Origin: Candidatus Aegiribacteria sp.
GTDB taxonomy: Bacteria; Fermentibacterota; Fermentibacteria; Fermentibacterales; JCC-6
Assembly (NCBI GenBank): GCA_046498225.1
Contig: JAWOBF010000106.1
Location: forward strand, 1-44,306
DNA length: 44,306 bases
Direction: 5' to 3'
Of the stretch, positions 9,654-18,975 are shown piece by piece. The position numbers and the translations under genes were made by a program. The notes under the pieces were generated by a model. It was not told the origin of the DNA. It saw only the letters and a program-made list of their open reading frames with translations, and made no database searches. Numbering within the stretch: position 1 is the first letter of the stretch; every line of letters starts with the position of its first letter.

Positions 9654-10598
9654 ATGGACTGGAGCCGCCTGCCCAGGGAGAAGACAGACTGCATTCTCTG
9701 CGGGTCCTCCTCCAGCCGTCTTCTCAGCGTTCAGGACGGATGGCCTGTGGTGAAATGCGCTGAATGCGGCCTGGTCTACCTTCGAGAAAGGCCCTCGGAA
9801 CAGGCTGTCAGGCAGGTGTACGGCCGGGCGTACTACGAAGACGGCGACGTTGGCTACCGGGGCTACATGGAAACCTTCGAGAAGTACCACCATGTGTTCA
9901 TGAAAATCTTCCGGAGACGCCACCGTGACCTGGAGAAGCACGCAAAGGGCCGAAGGCTGCTGGAGGTTGGATGCGCCTACGGTTTTCTGCTGGATTATCT
10001 CAGGGACAGGGGATGGGACGTCACAGGTGTGGAGATAAGCCCGCTGTCATCGTCCTACGCCAGGGACCGGCTGGGTCTGGATGTCCGGACGGGCAGCGTG
10101 GAGACGGCCGACCTGAAGGAAGGCTCCTTCGACGCCGTCCTGCTGCTGGACGTGCTCGAGCACCTTCACAGGCCTTACGACACACTTGACCGGATCGCCC
10201 GGCTCCTTGCCCCGGAAGGCGTACTGGTGGTGCAGTGTCCCTGGGAACTGTACCACTGGGAGGAGGTCATGGAAGCTCTGCTCCGTGGAATGGAGCCCGG
10301 GACCATAGAACCGGATTCGGTTCCCGCTCACCTCTATTTTTTCCAGCCGAAGACCCTGGAGGGGGTTCTCAGAAAGGGCGGGTACGAGATAATCGCGAGG
10401 CAGTCGGGTAATTACGGTGCCGTAAGGAGGAGAGTCAGCCCGCCTGTGATACGGACCGGAAATCCGCTTTCCACTTTCTTCCGCTTCATCTACTTCCGTC
10501 TCGGCCTTCAGAGACTGCTCTATTCCGTGGCGAAACTGCTTCACCTCGGAAGCGGCATCATCCGCTACGCCAGACCGGCCGGGGGAACCGGGCAATGA
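9654..10598 (+). CDS. Class I SAM methyltransferase with N-terminal CxxC...CxxC zinc motif
   Basis: GGGAGG SD before ATG 9654; CILC...CAEC; LEVGCAYG; DVLEHL. Confidence 0.85.
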   Translation: MDWSRLPREKTDCILCGSSSSRLLSVQDGWPVVKCAECGLVYLRERPSEQAVRQVYGRAYYEDGDVGYRGYMETFEKYHHVFMKIFRRRHRDLEKHAKGRRLLEVGCAYGFLLDYLRDRGWDVTGVEISPLSSSYARDRLGLDVRTGSVETADLKEGSFDAVLLLDVLEHLHRPYDTLDRIARLLAPEGVLVVQCPWELYHWEEVMEALLRGMEPGTIEPDSVPAHLYFFQPKTLEGVLRKGGYEIIARQSGNYGAVRRRVSPPVIRTGNPLSTFFRFIYFRLGLQRLLYSVAKLLHLGSGIIRYARPAGGTGQ

Positions 10599-11560
10599 AC
10601 GCCATGGTCCTGTGCGCCGGCTACGGGACAAGGCTGAAGCCTGTCACCGAACGCATGCCCAAACCCCTGGTGACTCTTGCCGGCTGCACACTCCTTAACG
10701 ACATTCTTCATCATCTGGCCTCTCAGGGAGTCCGGAAGGCTGTGATAAACGGCTCCTGGAAGGGCGAGATGCTGAAGGACTGGCTGGATGGCACCCCCCT
10801 TCCGCTGAAGACCGTCTTCCAGATGGAGGAGGAGCCGCTGGGAACAGCGGGAGCAGTGCGCCGGGCCCTTCCGCACCTGGGAGAACAGTTCCTGGTGGTC
10901 TACGGCGACAACCTCACCCGGCAGCCGGTGGCCCCGCTGCTGGACCTCCACCGGAAGACCGAAGCGGAGGTCACCATCTCCCTCTCCCCCACCGGCGACC
11001 CATCCTCCAAGGGCATCGTACTGACCCGCCCCGACGGAAGGGTAACAAGTTTCAGGGAGAAACCCCCAGATGAGGTGGCGGAATCCAACCTGGCCAATTC
11101 CGGAATATACGTTTGCCGCAGGTCCGCCGTGAGCGCTCTTCGGGAGGGGGAATTCTGCGATTTCGGAAAAGACCTGTTCCCATCCATGCTGAAACGGGGC
11201 GCTGTACTGGCGGCGGACACCGTGGGAGGCTACATAAGGGACATAGGAACCCCGAAGGATTACCTCCTCGCCTGCCACGATATTCTTTCCGGCAGATTCA
11301 GGCCCTACGGGGGAAGCTCGCGCATCAGGAACGGAAAACTGATAGAAACTCGAGAGTCCCTGCGGGAAGTCACCCTGTCGGGCACGTTCTGGGCCGGGAA
11401 GGGTTCTTCCGTGGGAGAAGGTTGCGTCCTTGAGAACTGTGTTGTACTTTCAGAGGCGTCGGTTGGCCGGAACTGCAGGCTGAAGAACACCCTGGTGATG
11501 CCCGGGTCGGTGGTGCCGGACGGTACGCAGGCCGATGACAAGTACATAAATATCTTCTGA
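10595..11560 (+). CDS. NDP-sugar pyrophosphorylase (mannose-1-P/heptose-1-P guanylyltransferase family)
   Basis: LCAGYGTRLKP..PKPL, EEEPLGTAG, YGD, FREKP, DIGTP and a C-terminal left-handed beta-helix. Confidence 0.85.
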   Translation: MNAMVLCAGYGTRLKPVTERMPKPLVTLAGCTLLNDILHHLASQGVRKAVINGSWKGEMLKDWLDGTPLPLKTVFQMEEEPLGTAGAVRRALPHLGEQFLVVYGDNLTRQPVAPLLDLHRKTEAEVTISLSPTGDPSSKGIVLTRPDGRVTSFREKPPDEVAESNLANSGIYVCRRSAVSALREGEFCDFGKDLFPSMLKRGAVLAADTVGGYIRDIGTPKDYLLACHDILSGRFRPYGGSSRIRNGKLIETRESLREVTLSGTFWAGKGSSVGEGCVLENCVVLSEASVGRNCRLKNTLVMPGSVVPDGTQADDKYINIF

Positions 11561-11571
11561 ATGGAGAGATC

Positions 11572-12147
11572 ATGCTGAAGGAGATCGGCGATTACCTGGA
11601 TCAGGTCAGCTCCCTGGTCCTGAAAATCCCGTCCAGGAACATAGAGGCTCTGGCCAGGATAATCCTGGAAGCCTACGGGAGGGGCAAGAGGATTTTCATC
11701 TTCGGCAACGGTGGCGGGTCCGCCACCTCCAGCCATTTCGTCTGCGACCTGGCCAAGGGAACCGCCATGGAAGGCAGGCCGAGGCTCAAGGCCATCAGCC
11801 TTGCGGAAAACGTACCCATGATAACCGCCTGGGCCAACGATACCGATTACACCAACACCTTCGGCGAACAGCTGAGGAATCTGGTGGAGAAGGATGACGT
11901 AGTGATAGGCCTGTCCGGAAGCGGTATGAGCCCCAACGTTATAAACGCCTTCAGGGTGGCCGGTGAGGCTGGCGCCACATCAGTACTTCTTTCCGGTTTC
12001 AGCGGCGGCAGGGCGGCGGAGGTTGCCGACAGGTCCATAATCGTTCCCTGCGAGGACATGCAGCAGATCGAGGACGTTCATCTGATACTCTGTCATATCG
12101 TTTTCAGGATAGTGAGAAGCAGGATATGGGGTGAGGAAAGCTCCTAG
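11572..12147 (+). CDS. gmhA: Phosphoheptose isomerase (SIS domain)
   Basis: FGNGGGSAT.SH, TAWAND, SGSGMSPNV, QQIEDVH. Confidence 0.82.
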   Translation: MLKEIGDYLDQVSSLVLKIPSRNIEALARIILEAYGRGKRIFIFGNGGGSATSSHFVCDLAKGTAMEGRPRLKAISLAENVPMITAWANDTDYTNTFGEQLRNLVEKDDVVIGLSGSGMSPNVINAFRVAGEAGATSVLLSGFSGGRAAEVADRSIIVPCEDMQQIEDVHLILCHIVFRIVRSRIWGEESS

Positions 12148-12566
12148 GAGAAATCCTGGCTTCGAAAAACACGCTCTCCATCCGCCAGGAACTGGTTGAG
12201 GGCGTCACTGAATATCTCCGGTTTCTCAGCGTAGGCTTCCGGAAAACGGCTCTTCCACAATTCCCAGGATTTCTGTATCTCCTGGCTCATGACCTCGGCG
12301 ATATTGCCGTTCCTCCTGGCCTCCTCTATCAGCTCTTTGTTGTATACCAGCATGTCGCTGGCGAGTACCCTGGCGAACCTTGCCGCTCTTTCCTCCCTGC
12401 TGTCCTTCAGGGGTGACTTCCCGCCCGGTTCGGTTCCCTTTTCCGCGGGAGGATTGATGACGAATATCTCCGAGCATTTCCTGCAGCGGAACCTCTTCGG
12501 GGAGTCACCTATCTTCTTCTCGGGAATGTTGTATTTGGAGTGGCATTTAGGACAGCTAACAATCAT
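12144..12566 (-). CDS. MJ0042-type zinc-ribbon protein with C-terminal RomX-like helical domain
   Basis: MIVSCPKC..KY.I...KI......FRCRKC; C-terminal RFARVLASDMLVYN...EIQKSWELWKSR. Confidence 0.75.
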   Translation of the reverse strand: MIVSCPKCHSKYNIPEKKIGDSPKRFRCRKCSEIFVINPPAEKGTEPGGKSPLKDSREERAARFARVLASDMLVYNKELIEEARRNGNIAEVMSQEIQKSWELWKSRFPEAYAEKPEIFSDALNQFLADGERVFRSQDFS

Positions 12567-13723
12567 GTATCGTACCTCCTGTGCAGGAATCTGCCAAGTC
12601 TCTTCACACCCTCCCGAATGTCATCCTCCGACGCGGCGAAGGAAATTCTGACAAAACCCTCCGCCCCGAATGCGGAACCCGGTATCAGCGCCACCTCTTC
12701 CTTCTCCAGAAGGTCACTGCAAAAGGCCGCGCTGTCAAGCCTCTCCGGAACCTTCAGCCTGGCGAATACGTAGAACGCTCCGTCCGGTTTATCAAATTGT
12801 AAGTATTCTTCCCGGGAAAGTAAAGAACATATCAGGTCGCGCCTGCGCCTGAACGCGGCGTGCATGCTTTTCCGCTGCTTCTCCGCCCTGCCCGTCACCG
12901 CCGCCAGTGCCGCCCACTGAGATATGGAGCAGGGATTGGAGGTGGAATGAGCCTGGTGAAGGCCGGAAAGTCTCGCCCACTCCGCGCTGCACAGACAGTA
13001 TCCTATGCGCCAGCCGGTCATGGAGTAGGTCTTGGACACTCCGGAGACCACCGCGGTCCTGTCCTGGAGGTCCGGCCTGAAGTCCAGTACGTGAGGAAGA
13101 CCGGAATCTATGTAGACAAGATCCTCGTAGATATCGTCGGTTATGACCCAGAGTCCGGTTTCCGAGATGGCCTCCGCCATATCCCGGACCTCCTCAGGGG
13201 AGGGTACCAGACCGGTGGGATTGGAGGGATAGTTGAGAAGAACACCGACCGCGCCGCGGCTTGCGGCGTTCCTTATGTCTTCAGCGGACAACCCGCCCTC
13301 GGGAAACAGGGGCACACCGCCGAAGGCCTTCACCATCTCCGGGTAACTTACCCAGTAAGGACGGGGCAGAAGAACAGCGTCCCCCGGGTTCAGCGCCGAC
13401 GCCATGAGATTAGACAGGCTGTGCTTGGCACCGCAGCTTACGACAACGTTCTCCGGTTTCCATTCCAGCCCTCTTCTGGCGGAATAGCTCTCCGCCACGG
13501 CCCTTCTGAGTTCGGGGATCCCGGAGCTGGCCGTGTATCCGGTTTTGCCGTCCCTCACGGCCTCTATTCCGGCTTCTGCTATGGGCGCCGGCGTGGGAAA
13601 GTCCGGCTGTCCGGCGGAGAGGGAGACGACATCCCTTCCCGACTGGATCATCGCCTTTGCCTTGGCGCTGAGCTGAAGGGTAGCCGAGGGAGAAAGCGAT
13701 CCTATTGTCCTGGAGTATTCCAT
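12563..13723 (-). CDS. PLP-dependent aminotransferase class I (aspartate aminotransferase-like)
   Basis: GQPDF, GYT..GIPELR, PSNPTG, DDIY, SKTYSMTGWRIG. Confidence 0.92.
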   Translation of the reverse strand: MEYSRTIGSLSPSATLQLSAKAKAMIQSGRDVVSLSAGQPDFPTPAPIAEAGIEAVRDGKTGYTASSGIPELRRAVAESYSARRGLEWKPENVVVSCGAKHSLSNLMASALNPGDAVLLPRPYWVSYPEMVKAFGGVPLFPEGGLSAEDIRNAASRGAVGVLLNYPSNPTGLVPSPEEVRDMAEAISETGLWVITDDIYEDLVYIDSGLPHVLDFRPDLQDRTAVVSGVSKTYSMTGWRIGYCLCSAEWARLSGLHQAHSTSNPCSISQWAALAAVTGRAEKQRKSMHAAFRRRRDLICSLLSREEYLQFDKPDGAFYVFARLKVPERLDSAAFCSDLLEKEEVALIPGSAFGAEGFVRISFAASEDDIREGVKRLGRFLHRRYDT

Positions 13724-13726
13724 TGT

Positions 13727-14218
13727 CTATCTACCGTCTTTTCCAAAATGCTCTTCCAGTGCCTTTCGAACACATTCGGTCACCAGCGTGGAAAGGTCTC
13801 CCCCGTATCCGGCAATCTCCTTCACCAGTGTAGAGGAGAGATACATGTTGTCCTCGGAAGGCATAAGATACAGTCCGGTAATCTCGGGTGCCAGTCTTCT
13901 GTTCATCAGCTGCATCTGGAACTCGTACTCGAAATCCGAGTTCGCCCGCAGTCCTCGTATGAAGGTGGTGTAACCCCTTTCCGTCATGTACTCCACCAGA
14001 AGGCTGTCGAAGGATGTGACCACGGTACCCGAAAGACCCGCCTCCTCCAGGGAGCTCCTCATCAGCCTGACCCTCTCCTCCACGGAGAAGCAGAGGGCCT
14101 TCGACGACCTTTCCACTACCGCTATCTCGATGTCGCCGAATATGGTCCCGGCCCTCTTTATTATATCCATGTGCCCGCAGGTCACCGGATCGAATGTTCC
14201 CGGGTATACGATTCTCAT
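13727..14218 (-). CDS. coaD: Phosphopantetheine adenylyltransferase
   Basis: YPGTFDPVTCGH, RGLRANSDFEYE, LSSTLVKEIA. Confidence 0.95.
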   Translation of the reverse strand: MRIVYPGTFDPVTCGHMDIIKRAGTIFGDIEIAVVERSSKALCFSVEERVRLMRSSLEEAGLSGTVVTSFDSLLVEYMTERGYTTFIRGLRANSDFEYEFQMQLMNRRLAPEITGLYLMPSEDNMYLSSTLVKEIAGYGGDLSTLVTECVRKALEEHFGKDGR

Positions 14219-14754
14219 GCCTGTCCATCCATGAACATGTATTTCAGATAACTGTCACCGTACTTCCGGACCTCCCAGCCCGGTTCCTGCACCGGCTCGG
14301 TCCCGCTTTCCACGAAGACCGCTCCATTCCGGTCGAGTATGTTTTTCCAGTCCCGGCCGTCGATCCACCTGTACAGCTTTTCCATCCCGTAGGGAGGATC
14401 GATGAATATGAGGCCCGGATTTCTTCCGTCCGCGGTTGTAATATACTTCCTGACGTTCCCCGTGATAACCGTTCCGCGGTCCCTGGCGCCGCGCTCCCTG
14501 AGGAACCTCCTTACCAGCGCCGTACACTCGGGATTCCTGTCCACGAAGACGCAGTGTTCCGCTCCCCAGCTGAGCGCCTCCAGGCCCACCGCTCCGGTTC
14601 CCGAGCAGAGGTCCCATACCAGGGCCGAGCTGACCAGCTCCCTTCCGGCTATGTCAAGAAAGGCCCCCCTCACCAGCGATGAGGTGGGCCTGCAGAGGTT
14701 GGATGAAGGGCGGAGAATGTGGCCTTTCCACATTCCCCGCCCGAGTCTTATCAA
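14215..14754 (-). CDS. rsmD: 16S rRNA m2G966 methyltransferase
   Basis: RPT, DLCSGTGAVGLEALSWGA, FIDPPY, KYGDS; adjacent to coaD. Confidence 0.88.
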   Translation of the reverse strand: MIRLGRGMWKGHILRPSSNLCRPTSSLVRGAFLDIAGRELVSSALVWDLCSGTGAVGLEALSWGAEHCVFVDRNPECTALVRRFLRERGARDRGTVITGNVRKYITTADGRNPGLIFIDPPYGMEKLYRWIDGRDWKNILDRNGAVFVESGTEPVQEPGWEVRKYGDSYLKYMFMDGQA

Positions 14755-14766
14755 TCCGGCCCGGTA

Positions 14767-16530
14767 TCAGTAAGGCCTGATGATGTGCGGTGTCACGAAT
14801 ATGACCAGCTCCGTGCTCTCCTCCCTCTCGGAGTTGTAGGAGAACAGGAAGTTGCCCAGCAGAGGTATCCGTCCCAGAATGGGGATGGAGTTCCTCACGG
14901 TGGTGCGCTTGCTTCTCATGATACCGCCTATCACCGCGGTGGCGCCGTCATCTATCATCAGGGTGGTGTTCGCCCTCTGGGTGAGGATGATGGGCTGCTG
15001 CGCCGCGGTGGCGTCGCCGGAAAGATCGCTGACCTCCGGCTGAAGCTCCAGGGTAACGTTATTGTCGGCGTTTATATGAGGCGTCACCGTCAGTTCAACG
15101 CCTACCTGGTAGAGCTCTATGTATGTGTTCCCGCTCTCGTCCTGCAGGGTGAACGGTATCTCCTTGCCGGACACCACGGTTCCGGTCATGTTGTCGATTA
15201 TGGCTATCCTGGGCTCGGACAGTATATGGGCGTGGTTCTCCGACTCCAGCATGGAGAGGGTGGCGTCTATGTCCAGCATGTCCGTAACCGTCCCGAAGGA
15301 TATCGTTCCGGTCCTCTCGGCATCTGAAACTGCGGTGTTGCTGGTGTACATTCCGCCGTGGGTCAGCTGATTGGACCTGTTCAGGTTACCCAGGGACCAG
15401 TCGATTCCCAGCTCGTTGGCGTAGCTGGCGTCAATCTCAACCAGTTTCGCCTCTATCATCACCTGGGCCGTGGGGCTGTCCAGCACGGGCAGCATCCTGC
15501 CCACCTCTTCCAGCTTGTACGGTATATCGGTGACGATGAGGGAATTCGTCCTGTCATCCACGGATATCTGTCCCCTCTCGGACAGAGCGGTTCCCATGGC
15601 GCTCTGCACGCTGTTGGCCGTGGCGTACCTGATTACGAATATCTCGGTCTGAAGCTCCTGCAGATTCTCCCTGTCGGCCCTTGTGCTGGCCATCTGGCTG
15701 ATCTCATCGTAGAATTCGTCCCGGGGCATTACTCGAAGGACGTTTCCCTGCATGCTTGCCACGAGACCCTGTGAGTTCAGGATAGCCGTCAGTGCGTCCC
15801 TCCAGCCCACGTTCTGAAGCCTGGCCGTTACGGTGGCGGAGTAGTCCTCCGGCAGTATTATGTTCATGCCGCTCACGTCGGAGATGGCCCTCATGACGGT
15901 CCGTATGCTGGCTTCCACCACATCTATGGTTATGCGTCTGCCGCCGGTTCCGGACCATTCCACGGGGAAACCGTCCTGCACCTGCCGGCCCGACTGGCTC
16001 ACCCGGATGCCCCTGGAAGCGTCCGAGTTCAGGGGGGTTGCTCCTGAAAGGCTGGTCCCGGGAGTGGACAGGGGCTCCACGTTCCCTCTGACGGACGCTG
16101 TCTGGACGCTTCCCGACGAGGAGGACCACTGGGAGAATGGTACGCCCGAAGGGTCGGTCTGCAGATCAAGGACCAGCTGCTGCCCGCTGACCGAAGCGCT
16201 GTAGTTAACCAGTTCGCCGTTAACATCTATGATGATGCGGACTATTCCGTCCGGCGGCGCCTTGTACTGGCTTGTCCTTATGGAGAGAACCCCGCCCCTG
16301 TTCACCGAGAAATCCATGGCCGGAAGCGCGTGCACCGCGTCTCCTATGTCCAGGACTATCCTCATCGGATCGGTGAGCAGGAATCGCTCGTACGATATCT
16401 CTTCGTCAGCGGTTATCGTAACCTGGGTCATATCCCCGCTCGGAGCAACGGAAATATCGGTAACCCTGTATGCCGCCGCGGGCAGTGCCAGCAGCAGCAG
16501 CAGACTACATACGGTTAACAGACGCATCAC
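14767..16530 (-). CDS. pilQ: Type IV pilus secretin with AMIN domain
   Basis: Signal peptide; AMIN-like PMRIVLD; DDRTNSLIVTD, QVMIEAKLVE, GVELTVTPHI, IPILGRIPLLG, ELVIFVTPHI. Confidence 0.92.
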   Translation of the reverse strand: MMRLLTVCSLLLLLALPAAAYRVTDISVAPSGDMTQVTITADEEISYERFLLTDPMRIVLDIGDAVHALPAMDFSVNRGGVLSIRTSQYKAPPDGIVRIIIDVNGELVNYSASVSGQQLVLDLQTDPSGVPFSQWSSSSGSVQTASVRGNVEPLSTPGTSLSGATPLNSDASRGIRVSQSGRQVQDGFPVEWSGTGGRRITIDVVEASIRTVMRAISDVSGMNIILPEDYSATVTARLQNVGWRDALTAILNSQGLVASMQGNVLRVMPRDEFYDEISQMASTRADRENLQELQTEIFVIRYATANSVQSAMGTALSERGQISVDDRTNSLIVTDIPYKLEEVGRMLPVLDSPTAQVMIEAKLVEIDASYANELGIDWSLGNLNRSNQLTHGGMYTSNTAVSDAERTGTISFGTVTDMLDIDATLSMLESENHAHILSEPRIAIIDNMTGTVVSGKEIPFTLQDESGNTYIELYQVGVELTVTPHINADNNVTLELQPEVSDLSGDATAAQQPIILTQRANTTLMIDDGATAVIGGIMRSKRTTVRNSIPILGRIPLLGNFLFSYNSEREESTELVIFVTPHIIRPY

Positions 16531-17939
16531 AGACCACCTTCTTCATGTAGGCGCAGAGAGTAAATCGTAGGTATCGTGGTTTCCCCTCCGCCCCTAGCGC
16601 TGTAATCAACTATAACATCCTGAATTACAATTACTTCATTGCTCGTGATCTCGGCAACGTGGGAGTTGTTGGCCAGCTCGGTTCCCTCGTACATCACGTA
16701 GGGAACTCCCAGGCCGTCTTCCACCATAGCCTGGTCGCCGCCTATCGGATCGAGCGTTATTCCCACCAGTCTGAATTCTTCAACCGATATTTCCTCCAGG
16801 TTCCTCCTGGAATCCCTGGTCTCGCTTGAGAATTCGGTGAAGGGATCGGGCCTGATGGAAACCGACTCGTATATCCTGAAGGTTCCTCCGCCGGCCTGGA
16901 TCATGTCGCTTACGGACTCGGCGGAGCCCTGCATACCGCCCGCTCCCTGGCCTGCCAGTGAGCAGGATACACGCTGCGTTTCGTAGTATGGAAGGCTGGT
17001 CTCCACAGTTCCAAGATCGGAGTAGACGGTCATCCCCATGTCGTCTACGGCCCACAGGGGCTCCTGGAAACGATTCATTGCAAACAGATCAGAAGGTGTG
17101 AACGCCGGCGTATCCGCGATCATCTCACCCGGGGACATCACCGACGATATCCCGTTGTCTGAGAGTACCAGGCCTCCGTCGTAAAGACGGCCCCGGGCAT
17201 GGTGCATCCATTCGCCGGGTGAGGTCCTGACGAAGATACTGTCGTTCCTGCCGATGAAAAGGATGTTGCTGGAGGCGGTCATGATATTGCCTTCCGGGGA
17301 TTCCTCGAATTGCCACAGCGCTATGGAGGGATCGAACAGGGCGATCTCGCCGCCTTCCAGCATGTAGATCCAGTCGGGGCCTATTCTGCACAGGCCGCCT
17401 ACCGGCTCTATGTCCCTCTCCGGTGAGTAGACGGTGAATCCGTCCTCCTCCATTACCGCCAGTTTTCCGCCGGTACCGAGGATGACTGCCTCATCACCGC
17501 TGACGCCGAGTTCCAAGGGATCGAAACCTTCCGGAAGGGGTTCGGCCACCATTTCAGCGTCCTCATCCCTGAAGACGATGAATTCATCAGAGGTGAGTAT
17601 GACCGGCATCTCACCGCTGAGATCGAAGTCAACAGGATCGCCAAGACCCTCCAGGATGTACGACTTCCACTTCCCCTGCTCCGTGTCGAAGCGAAGCATG
17701 CTTCCGCCCTGGAAGAGCAGCCATGCGGTTTTATCTCCCGCTTCGGCGTGTACCGGGGGCGCCTGGGAAAGGGCCATTTCCATCCAGCCGTGCACGTCCG
17801 GGTCGGATACCACGGTTATCGAAACCCTTCCATGTTCAGCGGAAGCGGAATCACTCTCCCCGTTCCCGCCGCAGCCGGTGAAAAGCATCATCACAGCAGC
17901 TGTGAGGAGGGCTGTGAAAAGTCTTCTCTTACGGATCAT
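16527..17939 (-). CDS. pilP: PilP-like lipoprotein with large N-terminal extension
   Basis: Lipobox FTGC; C-terminal RPDPF...FRLVGI...AMVED..G; sits between pilO and pilQ. Confidence 0.7.
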   Translation of the reverse strand: MIRKRRLFTALLTAAVMMLFTGCGGNGESDSASAEHGRVSITVVSDPDVHGWMEMALSQAPPVHAEAGDKTAWLLFQGGSMLRFDTEQGKWKSYILEGLGDPVDFDLSGEMPVILTSDEFIVFRDEDAEMVAEPLPEGFDPLELGVSGDEAVILGTGGKLAVMEEDGFTVYSPERDIEPVGGLCRIGPDWIYMLEGGEIALFDPSIALWQFEESPEGNIMTASSNILFIGRNDSIFVRTSPGEWMHHARGRLYDGGLVLSDNGISSVMSPGEMIADTPAFTPSDLFAMNRFQEPLWAVDDMGMTVYSDLGTVETSLPYYETQRVSCSLAGQGAGGMQGSAESVSDMIQAGGGTFRIYESVSIRPDPFTEFSSETRDSRRNLEEISVEEFRLVGITLDPIGGDQAMVEDGLGVPYVMYEGTELANNSHVAEITSNEVIVIQDVIVDYSARGGGETTIPTIYSLRLHEEGGL

Positions 17940-17954
17940 CTTATCCTCCCTCCC

Positions 17955-18512
17955 CTATGGCTGCACGAAGGCTGATACTGTGAAATTAGCCTCCATATTG
18001 TCGTAGCTTCCGTCGGAAGCCTTTTTCTGTATCACTGTAAGATCGGATACGGTGGTTATCATCATCTGCTGTGTCAGCTGATCGAAGAACACTCCCAGCC
18101 TGTGAAAACGCCCGGTGAGATGCATCTGCCAGGAATAGACCACCTGGTCGCCCTGGGCGCTGGGGGGAAGCGGAGTAAGCTGGTATATCTGCAGGCCGCT
18201 GTTCTCCGCGTTCTCGGTCAGCATGCTCAGCACTTCATCCTGGTCGTAGGTCCTGGGAAGATATCTGTCAAGTTCGGCCAGCTGCTGGTTCAGTCGGTTG
18301 ATCTCCTGCTCCGTGACCGCCATGTCCGACGCGGTCCCTGACTGGAGCGAAGCCAGCTCGGCCTGTTCCATCTCCAGGTTCTGCTCTGCCAGCTCGATCC
18401 TCTGGTTGATGTCCGCGGATATTTCCCTGGGATACAGATATATCAGCGCTACAACTAGAATAATACCGATTATCATGATATAGAACCTGGGGTCTCTCAG
18501 ATAGGCATTCAT
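17955..18512 (-). CDS. pilO: Type IV pilus assembly protein PilO
   Basis: TM, coiled coil, LP, SGL, G.FH.LG.FF; position in the operon. Confidence 0.85.
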   Translation of the reverse strand: MNAYLRDPRFYIMIIGIILVVALIYLYPREISADINQRIELAEQNLEMEQAELASLQSGTASDMAVTEQEINRLNQQLAELDRYLPRTYDQDEVLSMLTENAENSGLQIYQLTPLPPSAQGDQVVYSWQMHLTGRFHRLGVFFDQLTQQMMITTVSDLTVIQKKASDGSYDNMEANFTVSAFVQP

Positions 18513-18561
18513 ACCTCAACCCCCCTGCATTGATCCTGTTCATAGGTTAGAAAGTATCCCA

Positions 18562-18975
18562 TCATTTCGTTCCGAACATCGAGAGGTCCACATCGTAGAG
18601 GGACAGTGTATCCCCTCCTGTGACTATGAATGTGGTGCCGCTGGTTCCGACATACTCGTACTCCAGCTCATGGTAGATGGCTATCGCGCCGAAGGTTACC
18701 TCACCGGCCAGACCGCCGGGGTTACCGCCCTCTTCGCCCATTTCGGGGTACATCTGTATCTCTATGAAGAAACCGCCGTTGGCGTTGGTGGTGGTGATGT
18801 ACGACTCCTCGGTGCCCGTGAGCAACACGGTTATGCCCTCGGCGCCGATGGTATGGCCCGTATCCTCATAAATCCTGCCCCTAACGAAGCATCTTGTCTC
18901 ATCCATGCCCACCGGGTTGCATCCTGCGGCAAGTATGGCAAGCAGAGCGACAGCCGGGAAAATGTATCTCCTCAT
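18562..18975 (-). CDS. Small lipoprotein, beta-sandwich (carboxypeptidase-regulatory-like) domain
   Basis: Lipobox LAAGC; VRGRIYE...GITV.L...TTTNANGGF. Confidence 0.65.
   Translation of the reverse strand: MRRYIFPAVALLAILAAGCNPVGMDETRCFVRGRIYEDTGHTIGAEGITVLLTGTEESYITTTNANGGFFIEIQMYPEMGEEGGNPGGLAGEVTFGAIAIYHELEYEYVGTSGTTFIVTGGDTLSLYDVDLSMFGTK

Noticed and set aside
12860..14251. Long antisense ORFs (e.g. 12860-14251, 30695-31951, 3962-5023, 26299-27324)
   Set aside because: Opposite well-conserved genes in GC-rich DNA, with no motifs; expected shadow ORFs
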